From a bacterium (GTDB lineage Bacteria > Patescibacteriota > Minisyncoccia > Phycocordibacterales > Phycocordibacteraceae): DNA of 64,000 nt. The notes under the pieces were generated by a model. It made no database searches and was not told where the DNA came from. It was given only the letters and a program-made list of their open reading frames with translations. The DNA lies in the NCBI GenBank assembly GCA_021833245.1, contig JAKBGA010000001.1, positions 7,466-71,465 on the forward strand, given 5' to 3'. Every line of letters begins with the position of its first letter. The stretch's first letter is position 1. This document shows, in pieces, positions 1 through 9,577 of this stretch. Position numbers and translations under genes: made by a program.

Positions 1-588
1 GGACATCTAATCCTTTATCTCTTTTACGTCTGGGCGCCACTGTATATTCCTATATATCTTCATAACGTACTTGGCATCCCATGGTCCAACCTCGGCTGGA
101 CATTCTCGGTCATGCTTATTCCCTACGTTCTCATTGAGTACCCTGCTGGATGGATTGCCGATCGAATCCTCGGTGATAAGGAGCTTATGATTACCGGCTT
201 CTTGATTGCAGGTATGGCGCTCGCGTCGGTCAGCCTACTTACTTCTACCTCACCAATATTCCTCATTCTTTGTATTCTTATCAGCTCTCGCATTGGTGCC
301 GCACTTATTGAAAGTATGAATGAGGGACACTTCTTTCGCCGCGTTACAGAACGAGACATAAATTCGGTAAATATATTTCGCGGTGTTTGGCCACTCGCCG
401 ATACTATCGGACCAATCATCGGCAGCCTCATTCTTCTGTTTGGTAATTATCAGATACTTTTCGCTGTCACGGGTGGATTTGTTGGCATCACGGGCGTAGT
501 CGTAACCTTATTAATAAAAGATTTTAATCCGCCAATGCGTAGCATCCGTCAACTTTCTTCACGAGTCCTTCTGTCAGAAGGGCCCTAA
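1..588 (+). CDS. MFS-type transporter, C-terminal portion (5' end truncated by the window edge)
   Basis: The frame stays open from nt 1 to the stop at 588 with no upstream stop, so the ORF-track M at 112 is internal. The translation is a string of hydrophobic helices (GHLILYLFYVWAPLYIPIYLHNVLGIPWSNLGWTFSVMLIPYVLIEYPAGWIADRILG...) typical of the second half of a major facilitator superfamily transporter. Confidence 0.55.
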   Translation, partial: GHLILYLFYVWAPLYIPIYLHNVLGIPWSNLGWTFSVMLIPYVLIEYPAGWIADRILGDKELMITGFLIAGMALASVSLLTSTSPIFLILCILISSRIGAALIESMNEGHFFRRVTERDINSVNIFRGVWPLADTIGPIIGSLILLFGNYQILFAVTGGFVGITGVVVTLLIKDFNPPMRSIRQLSSRVLLSEGP

Positions 589-1345
589 GTGCTGTGCGCA
601 GTTGCGCACGACGTGAAACTTTGAGCAATCCCATAAGACGTGCGTGCGAAGCGACTCCCTGGACCAGTTCACGCAAGAGAACACCTCTTGCTTCGCGGAG
701 AGATCCGAAAAATTTCGACTGCTTTACATATTTCTCACTCCGCGCGTTAAGCGATATACCGGAACGTTTCAAGTACGCGCCATAATCCATAAGCGCACTG
801 TGCCACTCGCGTGATCTTCCTTTGGGAAGCACTTTTTTCAGTACCTCGGACACCTCGATGTCTTTGACGTCTGAACGTTTTGAAAAAAAGTGATGGAAAA
901 TAACGGTGCGAATATTCGTTTCGATAACCACAACATCCTTGTTATAAGCAAACGCCGCAACGGCGCGAGCAGTGTACGGCCCGACACCGGGAAGTGATTC
1001 TAGTTCGATGGTACTCTTAGGGAGTCTCCCGTTGTACCGTGTGAGAATATCCCTCGCTGCTGCTTGCAGCATCTTCGCCCGGCGATTGTAGCCGAGTCCT
1101 TGCCACATCCTCAGGACTTCAGACAGTGGCGCGTCAGCAAGCTCGCGTGGCGTAGGAAATTTCTGTATAAATTTTATATAGAATGACATAACCCGTTCGA
1201 CTTGCGTCTGTTGTAGCATCACTTCCGAAATGAGTATGCGATACGGATCACGAGTGCGCCGCCACGGTAGACCATGTCGTCCATATTCTCGATAATAACG
1301 CCACACCAGTGGTCTAAATTTTGCGATTGTTATGTCATTAGCCAT
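524..1345 (-). CDS. HhH-GPD family DNA glycosylase (MutY/adenine glycosylase-like catalytic domain, no C-terminal NUDIX-like domain)
   Basis: MANDITIAKFRPLVWRYYREYGRHGLPWRRTRDPYRILISEVMLQQTQV... is the canonical MutY/EndoIII N-terminus, and LPGVGPYTA is the HhH-GPD motif. The start is refined to the internal Met (codon 41 of the 313-aa ORF). No 4-Cys Fe-S cluster motif is visible. The 3' end overlaps the convergent transporter ORF by about 65 nt. Confidence 0.7.
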   Translation of the reverse strand: MANDITIAKFRPLVWRYYREYGRHGLPWRRTRDPYRILISEVMLQQTQVERVMSFYIKFIQKFPTPRELADAPLSEVLRMWQGLGYNRRAKMLQAAARDILTRYNGRLPKSTIELESLPGVGPYTARAVAAFAYNKDVVVIETNIRTVIFHHFFSKRSDVKDIEVSEVLKKVLPKGRSREWHSALMDYGAYLKRSGISLNARSEKYVKQSKFFGSLREARGVLLRELVQGVASHARLMGLLKVSRRAQLRTALRALLTEGLVKKVDGCYALAD

Positions 1346-1355
1346 AAACAGAAAA

Positions 1356-2015
1356 CTATCTCGACTTCGGCCAACGAAGCGCGGCAGGCGGCCAAAGTTT
1401 AGTGAGTGGGTGCACCTTGCAGTTGTGTGGACGAGCTGGACAGATATAGCGACCGTACAGGACAAGACCGTTATTTACATATTTCCAATCCTTCTTCGGG
1501 ATAAGCGCTTCTAGATCTTTCGAAATTTTTGTTGGATCATTTGCACTAGTGAGATCAAAGCGTTTGGCGAAACGTTTGACGTGTGTATCAGTCGCGATGC
1601 CATCCCAAGTATCGTAGAGTTCGCCGAGAATGACGTGCGCTGTCTTATACCCCACGCCTGGTAATTGCATAAGATCAGTTTCTGTGCGTGGCACAACTCC
1701 ACCGTATTGTGTTTCTATTACCTTTGCCGCACCGATAATCGCCCTTGCCTTATTGCGAAAAAATGGAATTGAGGAAATCTCTTTTGTAAAAATCATTGGA
1801 TTTGCTTTCAAAAAATCATTAAGTAATGTGTACTTTTTAAAGAGCGTTGCCGTAAGTTTATTTACTGCTTTATCAGTACATTGTGCCGAAAGAATAACTG
1901 CAACGACGAACTGGAATGGCGTCATATATGTGAGTTCACTTTTAGGTGCCTGGTATGTTCTTTTTAAATAAGCAACGATTTTCTTTGCTCGAATTGCACG
2001 GCCAACGCGACTCAT
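1356..2015 (-). CDS. nth: endonuclease III (DNA-(apurinic or apyrimidinic site) lyase)
   Basis: MSRVGRAIRAKKIVAYLKRTYQAPKSELTYMTPFQFVVAVILSAQCTDKAVN...LPGVGYKTAHVILG is the classic Nth HhH-GPD sequence. The start is refined to the Met at codon 106. Its ATG overlaps the TGA of the upstream gene (ATGA coupling). Confidence 0.85.
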   Translation of the reverse strand: MSRVGRAIRAKKIVAYLKRTYQAPKSELTYMTPFQFVVAVILSAQCTDKAVNKLTATLFKKYTLLNDFLKANPMIFTKEISSIPFFRNKARAIIGAAKVIETQYGGVVPRTETDLMQLPGVGYKTAHVILGELYDTWDGIATDTHVKRFAKRFDLTSANDPTKISKDLEALIPKKDWKYVNNGLVLYGRYICPARPHNCKVHPLTKLWPPAALRWPKSR

Positions 2016-3175
2016 GATATTTGTGATACCTCTTTGTGGGGGAAGGCGAAGTAGAAAAATATTTGCAAAAGCGTACCTGCTGAAAAAGCAGTAAGAATGA
2101 ACGCCGCAAGAAGCCCAATCACTGGCACAAGCGCAATGAGTGAAAGTATGAACATACCGAGCATGCCATCCTGCCAAAGTATCGTTTCTCGTCGCATGTA
2201 ACGACGCGCGAAAGCGCCACCGAGTAGAATTCCAGCATACAAAAATGCGAGGAACACAAGAAATATATATGCAATGAACAGCAGCAAAGCTAGACCAATA
2301 CCCACAAATGTCAAAGTAAGCATTATGCATAGGATCGGTGTGACGGCAAATACCGCAAAACCAAGAAGTGTGGCTAGTAACATGTCACGTAATCGACCCG
2401 TATATACACGATCGACCACCATTTCCGCAAGCTTCGGGAAAAGACCTGCAAGGAGACCGGCGAGGAGAAGCGCTCCGAGAATGCGTGCGAAAACGAAAAA
2501 TCCTACACTCACTAACGCAAGAATTCGTGATGTACCAACATCAGGAAGATACGAAGCGTTCGTGTATTTGATACCACCAGCTATCATTACGGATTTTGGT
2601 ATATTAGCCAGCTCAGGTGCTTCGTATGAGAAGGTTCCCTGTATTGTGGTACCCGCTGCAAGTGCGACACGACCACTTGCAGATACATTTACGTTACCTG
2701 AGAAATTCCCTGAAAGAAAAACGTTGTTGCCATAAATAATGACTGGACCTGAGGCGCCATTTGTTAAATCAGTATTTGCAGCAACGATGAATACACTTCC
2801 GCTCGCACGGCCCGCATCATGTACCGCATAACCAAAGGCAACAATATCGCCCTGGACTGGCTTATCGATGGTGATACTTCCTCCGGCAGCTCTAAAACTA
2901 CCGCCTACGGGAGCACGTGAGTATATCGAGCCACCAATAAGAAGATCATCACCCGTGACTGATGCCGCGGTGGTAATAGAGCCACCCGCAGCTGAGAAAT
3001 CTCCGGTAACTGGTGCGACGAGTACTACAGAAGCACCAGCGACATATGCATTCCCTGGTGACGGAGTCGTCGTAAGGAGTGACTGTCCAATTGAAAAAGT
3101 TGCGGGCGGATGCGCCGCAAGTACACTCATCGGAAAAGTGAGAAATATGAGTGCAGCGAAGAGTGTGCGGCACAT
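2012..3175 (-). CDS. hypothetical envelope protein: signal peptide, Gly-rich beta-helix-like repeats, C-terminal multi-TM bundle
   Basis: N-terminal signal peptide (MCRTLFAALIFLTFPMSVLAAHP). A repeated G-x-S-I/V...AGGSIT motif resembles bactofilin/DUF4097-type beta-helix repeats. The C-terminus has 4-5 predicted TM helices. It is translationally coupled to nth. Confidence 0.5.
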   Translation of the reverse strand: MCRTLFAALIFLTFPMSVLAAHPPATFSIGQSLLTTTPSPGNAYVAGASVVLVAPVTGDFSAAGGSITTAASVTGDDLLIGGSIYSRAPVGGSFRAAGGSITIDKPVQGDIVAFGYAVHDAGRASGSVFIVAANTDLTNGASGPVIIYGNNVFLSGNFSGNVNVSASGRVALAAGTTIQGTFSYEAPELANIPKSVMIAGGIKYTNASYLPDVGTSRILALVSVGFFVFARILGALLLAGLLAGLFPKLAEMVVDRVYTGRLRDMLLATLLGFAVFAVTPILCIMLTLTFVGIGLALLLFIAYIFLVFLAFLYAGILLGGAFARRYMRRETILWQDGMLGMFILSLIALVPVIGLLAAFILTAFSAGTLLQIFFYFAFPHKEVSQIS

Positions 3176-3184
3176 GCCGATTTA

Positions 3185-3691
3185 CTATGCCGTAGGCGGC
3201 ATCGAAAAGTGTGGCGGAGACTGCTGAGACGGTGTACCTATAGTGGGTGATGCGAGGTCCCTTTGCTTCTTAAAAGGCTCAATTAAACTTGCGAGAATGA
3301 GAATAAGAATTGTGATGAAAGCTGACGCAAGACAGTATATGCAGAATGCGCGAATGAGAAATATCTGAATAAGGGTGAAATAAAGTGATGCAAAAACTCC
3401 AATAAAGGACATGACTTGAAGTATGCGTCGTAAGAGTTTGTCAAAGATGACGATCTCAAGAGCAGCGAGAACAAAAATGATGCTATAAAATAAAACTCCG
3501 AATTCAGAGAGTGGTATACCGAGGAAATGTGAATACGGGCTTGTTGCAACAACATTGCATCCATTCAAATTTTGGATATTACTACATAGAAGCGGCGTGC
3601 CATTTACTTCGTGTTGGGTAATATACATAGAGTCCACAAGCCCAAAAAAGGATAGGAGTAAGATACCTATGACACTTGCACGTTTCATCAT
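3185..3691 (-). CDS. vitamin K epoxide reductase (VKOR) family disulfide-bond-forming membrane protein
   Basis: Loop cysteines (CSNIQNLNGC) are followed by the membrane-embedded CxxC (CIYC), and the TM pattern is typical of bacterial VKOR/DsbB analogues. Confidence 0.7.
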   Translation of the reverse strand: MMKRASVIGILLLSFFGLVDSMYITQHEVNGTPLLCSNIQNLNGCNVVATSPYSHFLGIPLSEFGVLFYSIIFVLAALEIVIFDKLLRRILQVMSFIGVFASLYFTLIQIFLIRAFCIYCLASAFITILILILASLIEPFKKQRDLASPTIGTPSQQSPPHFSMPPTA

Positions 3692-3767
3692 ATTATCTAG
3701 AATACACGTCTTCCACCTGTGCGCAAACAGGTTCCCCTACGGAAATCTGTTAAAATAAAGGATCCGC

Positions 3768-4349
3768 ATGTTCCAATTTCTCTTCCACCTTATTGATGGT
3801 TCGATTAGTAGCACGGCGCTCCTTTCACTTGCTATCATCTTCTGCACCTTCATCCTGGAAGATCCGACAACAGTTGTCGTTGGGTTGCTCGCGGCTAGTC
3901 ATAGTATCGGGGTTCCCATCGCTCTTTTCTCACTCTACGCAGGCATTGTATTTGGTGACATTGGTTTTTACCTTCTCGGTTGGCTCGCAAGCACTTCATC
4001 TCGTCTTAAACGTTATATTGATCATGATTTGCTCGCCCCTTTCCGCGCTTGGCTCGAAACTCGTTATGTACTTACTATATTTATGGCTCGATTCATACCG
4101 GGCTTACGGCTTCCAACTTATACAGCAAGTGGGTTCTTTCGATCACCACTCTCAACCTTTGTGGTAACGGCAATTGCCGCAACGTCAATCTGGACGACAC
4201 TCCTCTTTTCCGCCTCTTATTGGTTCGGTGATTTTACGTCCCATTGGATCAGCCCCGTACGCTGGGGAATCGCATGTGTCTTTCTCCTCACACTCTTCCT
4301 TATTGCCCGGCATAATCTCGCAGCATATCGAGCGAAAAAAGCGTCTTGA
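3768..4349 (+). CDS. DedA/SNARE-associated (VTT domain) family membrane protein
   Basis: The LEDPTT motif and ARFIPGLRLPTYTASG are DedA hallmarks. It is divergent from the VKOR gene. Confidence 0.75.
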   Translation: MFQFLFHLIDGSISSTALLSLAIIFCTFILEDPTTVVVGLLAASHSIGVPIALFSLYAGIVFGDIGFYLLGWLASTSSRLKRYIDHDLLAPFRAWLETRYVLTIFMARFIPGLRLPTYTASGFFRSPLSTFVVTAIAATSIWTTLLFSASYWFGDFTSHWISPVRWGIACVFLLTLFLIARHNLAAYRAKKAS

Positions 4350-4443
4350 GTACCGATGCGGATATCCGCACACAATCTAACCACTAACGAAAGTGGATCA
4401 AAAAGGTCTGGAATTTATTATTCGCTTATATTCCGTCGCATTA

Positions 4444-4983
4444 TTATGACGCACGGTCAAAAAGAATCCCGAGTGCCTTCACGAGTAACTCCTTAGTAGA
4501 TTCGTTATTGATATTTCCATCTGCGTCAAAAATTTCCTGTGCCGGTCCGAGATAAAGTTCCGGCTGGCCGATAACATCAGCATTAAGATGAAGCATGATT
4601 TGTCGCAAGTGACTCTGTGCAACAGCAGTACCAATCTTTCCAAGTGAGACACCTGCGATCAAAATCGGCTTCCCTACGAAAGAATTTTCTCCATATGGAC
4701 GACTGATCCAGTCGATCGCATTCTTCAATACACCGGGAATAGAACGATTATATTCCGGTGTTGCCATAATAATGCCATCGGCAGCTTCAATTTTTTCTTT
4801 GAGTGCTCGCGCTTCTTTAGGGAATGCGGTTTCGGTATCCTGACTATAGAGAGGAAGATTACCGATTTCTACAATTTCGATTTGCATGTCTGATGGCGCG
4901 AGTAGCTGCAAAGCACTCAGTAACACAGTATTGAGCGACTCTTTTCTTAAACTTCCTGAAATTGCTATAACATTCATGATCAT
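4444..4983 (-). CDS. NAD(P)H-dependent FMN reductase family protein
   Basis: MNVIAISGSLRKESLNT...ATPEYNRSIPGVLKNAIDW is the NADPH-dependent FMN reductase fold (SsuE/ArsH-like). Confidence 0.75.
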   Translation of the reverse strand: MIMNVIAISGSLRKESLNTVLLSALQLLAPSDMQIEIVEIGNLPLYSQDTETAFPKEARALKEKIEAADGIIMATPEYNRSIPGVLKNAIDWISRPYGENSFVGKPILIAGVSLGKIGTAVAQSHLRQIMLHLNADVIGQPELYLGPAQEIFDADGNINNESTKELLVKALGILFDRAS

Positions 4984-5210
4984 AAAATTATGTGTACTGA
5001 TATAGAGTACGCCATCAACACTGGGAACACTGTGTGGATAACTATAACGTCACATTACTATATGCTCCTCGCTATTCGTTAATCCACCACATAGTGATTA
5101 TATGGCTGCCAAACAGATAATGCTATATAAAACAAACTCGCTGTAATTTATCGATTCTTAATCAAAACCATGTCTGGGGTACAAAATATCTCTCTTCAAG
5201 ATAAACATGC

Positions 5211-5816
5211 GTGCAATCTTTTTTTGTGCTATTATTGTATAAATTTCCAGTGGCTACCGACCGACTTCATATAAATAAAGAGATCCGCGCGCAAGAATTG
5301 CGTGTTATTGGTGCGAATGGTGAAAATCTTGGAGTACTTCCGCTTGCGGCGGCGCTTGCGGCGGCAAAAACGGCTGAACTTGACCTTATTGAAATTTCGC
5401 CCTTGGTCGTTCCGCCCATTGCGAAGATCATGGATTATGGTAAATTTGAATACGAGCGGAGCAAGAAGGAAAAGGCGACGAGGGCTAAGGTAAAAATATC
5501 AGAGACCAAGGAGATCCAGATTAAGGTGGGTACTGGTGATAATGATATGGCACTTAAGGCAAAAAAAGCCGCTGAATGGCTCGCCGAAGGTCATCGAGTA
5601 CGAGCCGAACTTTTCCTTAAGGGTCGCTATAAAGGTATGAATGAGGAATTTCTAAAAGCCCGCCTTGAGAAGTTTCTCTTGCGTGTTCCTTATGCCTATA
5701 AGATGGCTGAACCTATAACGAAGAGCATAAAGGGATTCGCTGGCGTTATAGAACGTGACCTTGCGACACAACAAAAACGAAATAAGGAATTGAAACAAAA
5801 AAATGAAAACCAATAA
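5211..5816 (+). CDS. infC: translation initiation factor IF-3
   Basis: INKEIRAQELRVIGANGENLGVL...KISETKEIQIKVGTGDNDMALKAKKAAEWLAEGHRVRAELFLKGR is conserved IF3. The IF3 homology begins near 5271 at an in-frame ATA/Ile codon, while the in-frame ATG at 5211 would add a 20-aa hydrophobic extension. A non-AUG start is likely, as in other bacteria. Confidence 0.85.
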   Translation: MQSFFVLLLYKFPVATDRLHINKEIRAQELRVIGANGENLGVLPLAAALAAAKTAELDLIEISPLVVPPIAKIMDYGKFEYERSKKEKATRAKVKISETKEIQIKVGTGDNDMALKAKKAAEWLAEGHRVRAELFLKGRYKGMNEEFLKARLEKFLLRVPYAYKMAEPITKSIKGFAGVIERDLATQQKRNKELKQKNENQ

Positions 5817-5988
5817 ATCATATTCAAAACGAATTCGTGTCACACGCCAAGGGAAACTTGTAGTGCGCCGGCCTGGACAAAATCATTTTAATGCGAAACA
5901 GAGCGGCTCTGAACGTTCACAGAAGCGCCGTCCCATCACGATAAACTTGACCGCAAGAGTTCGTCGCCGTTTTCTTCCAGGTTCCTAA
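5803..5988 (+). CDS. rpmI: 50S ribosomal protein L35
   Basis: The product is a 61-aa basic protein (KRIRVTRQGKLVVRRPGQNHFNAKQ). It overlaps the infC stop and sits in the canonical infC-rpmI-rplT order. Confidence 0.85.
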   Translation: MKTNKSYSKRIRVTRQGKLVVRRPGQNHFNAKQSGSERSQKRRPITINLTARVRRRFLPGS

Positions 5989-6011
5989 TTAACTAACTTT
6001 AAAATTATTTT

Positions 6012-6359
6012 ATGACAAGAGTCAAGGGTGGAATCATGGCGCAAAAGCGTCGTAAGAATGTCCTCGAGAGAGCCAAAGGATATCGTGGCATTCGTTCTAA
6101 AAAGGAGCGTTATGCGCATGAGGCGCTTATGCGTGCGGGTCGATATGCATTTGCACATCGCCGTGATAAGAAAACAGATTTTCGTCAGCTCTGGATTGTT
6201 CGCCTGAATGCCGCCGTCCGTGCAAATGGCCATGCTTCTTACAGTACATTCATTGCGAAGTTGAAAAAAAATGGGTTCCAACTCGATCGTAAAGTCCTTG
6301 CACAATTCGCTTCTGAGCACCCTGAGATTTTCTCCCGCATCGCAAAAAAAATCGTTTAA
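6012..6359 (+). CDS. rplT: 50S ribosomal protein L20
   Basis: MTRVKGGIMAQKRRKNVLERAKGYRGIRSKKERYAHEALMRAG is the L20 signature. Confidence 0.9.
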   Translation: MTRVKGGIMAQKRRKNVLERAKGYRGIRSKKERYAHEALMRAGRYAFAHRRDKKTDFRQLWIVRLNAAVRANGHASYSTFIAKLKKNGFQLDRKVLAQFASEHPEIFSRIAKKIV

Positions 6360-6509
6360 ATAATTGAAAAACAGCCAGATTATTTCAATCGTCTTGCGGA
6401 TAAGCATATGCAACACGATCTTATAGATCGTCTTTATTTCTAGCTTTAGCTGTTTGGCTAAACGTAGCGTTCGAAATGGATGGAGTGGTATTGCATAAAT
6501 AGTGTGTCA

Positions 6510-7901
6510 CTAGACTCTCTTCGCAGAGTCTTTCGTGATTTCCCATGTCTGATATACCTCAGGAACAATAGCGCGAGCACCGAGATAGTCATGAATGCGC
6601 TGTGCGAGGAAACGCTCGGCCGAGGGTTCACCTAGAGCTGTGAATATCGTTTTGACGCGCTTATCCGTAAGCGACGCTTCCGCGAACTTCAAAAGTTCAT
6701 CGCGATCGGCATGCGCCGACCAGCCTTCGAGTTTTTCAACCTTTGCTTTTATTTTTATCTCGCTGTTCACGAGTCGCACGCTCGATGCGCCTTCCATCAT
6801 GCGCCGCCCAGGCGTCCCGGGTGCTTGGTATCCAACAATGAAGAGTGTTGTGGTTGGATCGTGGAGGTAGCGTGCCTCCCAGTGGCCGATACGACCACCG
6901 TGGCTCATACCCGCACCAGCAATGATCATTTTTGGATTTGGAGTTTCTTCTATCGCTATGGATTCCTCGTGCGAGCGAGTTTGTTTCAAAAACGGAAATT
7001 CAAAAATGCTCCCCTCCCTTTTCATCTCATCCTCGGCTTCAGGTTTGAAGTATTTCAGCCCCCATTTTTCGTATACTTCAGTCACGCGTATTGCAAGTGG
7101 CGAATCGAGAAAGACTGGAATTTTCGGAAGATCTCCTGCCTCAAAAAAATTCGAAAGCTCATAAAGCATGAGCTGTGTGCGTTCGAGCGAGAAGGCGGGG
7201 ATGAGAATCGTACCACCCCTTGTTATCGCTTTCGCTAGCGTGTCCCTAAGAAGTTCAACACGGCGTTGCTGTGCAGGATGCAATCTGTCGCCATACACAC
7301 TCTCCATAACGATTGCGTCGGCGTCGCTCACTGGTTCCCAATCAGGCAAGAGTGGCGAGGGCGAATTGCCAATATCGCCTGTGAGCGCAATGGCGACACC
7401 TGCTTCATCTTTTATCCGCACACTCGCCGAGCCGAGAATGTGACCAGTGTTACGCAGGTAGACCGAGAGTCCTGGGGCAACCTCTTTTTCAACATGATAA
7501 TCGAGCGCCTCGACGAGCGAGAAGGCGCGATCAACGTCTTCTTTTTCATAAAGAGGAGCTCTGCCGTGAGTGTTGGCTTCTTCACTAAGAATACCGACAG
7601 AGTCATACAAAATGAGCTCGGCTAGGTCGCACGTCGGCGGCGTCATATAAATCTTTCCATGAAAGCCGTCCTTCACCAGTTTCGGGATGCGGCCGACGTG
7701 GTCAAGGTGCGCATGAGTAACAACGAGCGCATTGATCGTCTTCACATCATAAGGAAACGGCCCGTAAACGTGCGCTCTGCTGAAATCGGCACCTTGTTCG
7801 ATACCGCAATCAATAAGGACTTTCCCACGATCGCCCTCAATTAAGAAATTGGAACCGGTAACTTTACCCGCACCACCATCAAAACTAAGTCTTAATGCCA
7901 T
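6510..7901 (-). CDS. MBL-fold beta-CASP family RNA-metabolising metallo-hydrolase (CPSF73/RNase J-like)
   Basis: The metallo-beta-lactamase motif HAHLDHVG, a beta-CASP region and a C-terminal RNA-specificity region are present. Length is 463 aa. Confidence 0.7.
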   Translation of the reverse strand: MALRLSFDGGAGKVTGSNFLIEGDRGKVLIDCGIEQGADFSRAHVYGPFPYDVKTINALVVTHAHLDHVGRIPKLVKDGFHGKIYMTPPTCDLAELILYDSVGILSEEANTHGRAPLYEKEDVDRAFSLVEALDYHVEKEVAPGLSVYLRNTGHILGSASVRIKDEAGVAIALTGDIGNSPSPLLPDWEPVSDADAIVMESVYGDRLHPAQQRRVELLRDTLAKAITRGGTILIPAFSLERTQLMLYELSNFFEAGDLPKIPVFLDSPLAIRVTEVYEKWGLKYFKPEAEDEMKREGSIFEFPFLKQTRSHEESIAIEETPNPKMIIAGAGMSHGGRIGHWEARYLHDPTTTLFIVGYQAPGTPGRRMMEGASSVRLVNSEIKIKAKVEKLEGWSAHADRDELLKFAEASLTDKRVKTIFTALGEPSAERFLAQRIHDYLGARAIVPEVYQTWEITKDSAKRV

Positions 7902-7925
7902 GTATGAACTGTAGCACGGCGCATT

Positions 7926-7962
7926 CCGCGAAAATCCCCCTTTAAGAGAGGGATTTTCGCGG
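7926..7962 (-). promoter_or_regulatory. 13-bp perfect stem-loop in the 5' leader of the beta-CASP RNase gene, about 215 nt downstream of ndk
   Basis: CCGCGAAAATCCC...GGGATTTTCGCGG, 25 nt upstream of the start codon on the minus strand. No U-tract follows it. Confidence 0.4.
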
Positions 7963-8177
7963 AGCCATTCCTTATTGCAACTTTAATCTTGCCAGGTGGG
8001 TGCCCGAATAGCAGCTATCGGATCTCCTTACGGAATTCGCCAAGCACGCCTAAATGCAAAGCTCCCAAGAATTAGGCAAGTTGCGTTTTTAAGAACGGCT
8101 CCAACTCCTAGTATACCCTACTTCCACAAGAAGTTGAGGTAACATGACTCAAAAGTCTCGCGGTAAGAGCTTCTGAG

Positions 8178-8783
8178 TCATTCGAGAATTCCTTTCATAT
8201 CAACATCGTATAGCGTAGCTTCGTGCGGCACATGATACCTAATGATTTCTTCAGATTTGAACCAATGCGGAATCTCCTTCTCCGCTTCAGGAACCGTACC
8301 GGACGCATGGATTAAATTACGGATCGCACGAGTATCCGTATCTGCCATCTGATAAGAATCGAGGACGAAATCGCCACGGATAGTGCCGATACTGGCGCTG
8401 CGCGGCTCGGTACTGCCGGTAATCTTGCGTACAAGCTCAACCGCGTGACCGCCCTCCCAGACCATAGCGATGACTGGTCCGCTTGTCATGTACTTCTTCA
8501 AGCTCACAACGACGCTGTCCGCCACCTCGATCGGGTCAGTTGAAGGCGGTTTCTCGCCTTTCTTCACGTAACTTGAAATCGCCTTCTCACCAACACTCTT
8601 TTTCCAATTCGGATCAAGAAGATAGTGCTCTTCGATCATCGCTTCGGTTGGAATAAGCATCTTGAGCGCGACAAGCTTCAGGCCAGTTCGTTCGTAACGC
8701 CTAATAATCTCGCCAATAAGCGCGCGCTGAATGCCGTCCGGTTTCACGATAACGAGCGTTCGTTCAGTTTTAGGGTGTGCCAT
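8178..8783 (-). CDS. ndk: nucleoside diphosphate kinase (with lineage-type internal insertion)
   Basis: TLVIVKPDGIQRALIGEIIRRYERTGLKLVALK, IRGDF and NLIHASG motifs are present. At 201 aa it is about 60 aa longer than typical Ndk. Confidence 0.85.
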   Translation of the reverse strand: MAHPKTERTLVIVKPDGIQRALIGEIIRRYERTGLKLVALKMLIPTEAMIEEHYLLDPNWKKSVGEKAISSYVKKGEKPPSTDPIEVADSVVVSLKKYMTSGPVIAMVWEGGHAVELVRKITGSTEPRSASIGTIRGDFVLDSYQMADTDTRAIRNLIHASGTVPEAEKEIPHWFKSEEIIRYHVPHEATLYDVDMKGILE

Positions 8784-8812
8784 AGTTTCAAAAATAAAAT
8801 CGCCTGCGGCGG

Positions 8813-9577
8813 TTATTGGGTTATGATACGCGCTCCTCTTCTTTCAATCAAGATGGTGTGCTCGAAATGTGCGGAACGCGAACCATCTTTTGTACGAAAT
8901 GTGTAACCGTCAGCTGCTAGCGTGATCGCGGCCTTGCCTGCTGTCGAAATAGGTTCGAGAGCAAGTACCATGCCCTCGACAAGCAATTCCCCTTCACCTG
9001 GGCGACCAAAATTTGGAATGAAGGGCTCCTCATGAACAAGATTACCAACGCCATGCCCACCGAGCTCTCTTATGACCTTGAAACCCGCATGTTCAATCTC
9101 CTCCTGGATAGCATATGAGATGTCACCGATGTGTTTCCCAGGATTAGCAGCAGCTATGCCCTTCGCGAGGGCACGCTCGGTTGCGTCAAGAAGTAAAGAA
9201 ACTTCTTGACCTATTTCGCCTACCGGCACGGTGATAGCACTGTCGACGACGATACCATTGTGAGTAAGACCGAGATCAAGTCCAACGATATCACCCTTCT
9301 TCAATACCTTCACCGATTCATTCGGGATACCATGCACAACTTCATCATTTATAGAAACACAGAGCGTTGCGGGATATGGCCGTGAGGCACCTTCAGGTGT
9401 ATAGCCAAGGAAGCACGGCTCGTCACCTTTTGCGCGAATGAGCTCTTCCGCCAGATCGTCGAGTTCTTCAGCAGTGACATTGGGCACCACTTTCGCCTTA
9501 AGCGCACGGAGTACGACTGCGAGACGCTTCCCCGCTTCGATAAGATTTGCCCGCTCAGTATTGTTCGTAATTATCAT
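8813..9577 (-). CDS. map: type I methionine aminopeptidase
   Basis: The pita-bread fold motifs are present (GDIVGLDLG, HGVGNLVHEEP, ALEP). Confidence 0.9.
   Translation of the reverse strand: MIITNNTERANLIEAGKRLAVVLRALKAKVVPNVTAEELDDLAEELIRAKGDEPCFLGYTPEGASRPYPATLCVSINDEVVHGIPNESVKVLKKGDIVGLDLGLTHNGIVVDSAITVPVGEIGQEVSLLLDATERALAKGIAAANPGKHIGDISYAIQEEIEHAGFKVIRELGGHGVGNLVHEEPFIPNFGRPGEGELLVEGMVLALEPISTAGKAAITLAADGYTFRTKDGSRSAHFEHTILIERRGARIITQ

Noticed and set aside
6513-6533. AGACTCT/AGAGTCT hairpin near the 3' end of the beta-CASP RNase gene as a terminator
   Set aside because: It lies inside the coding sequence (the last codons) and has no U-tract.
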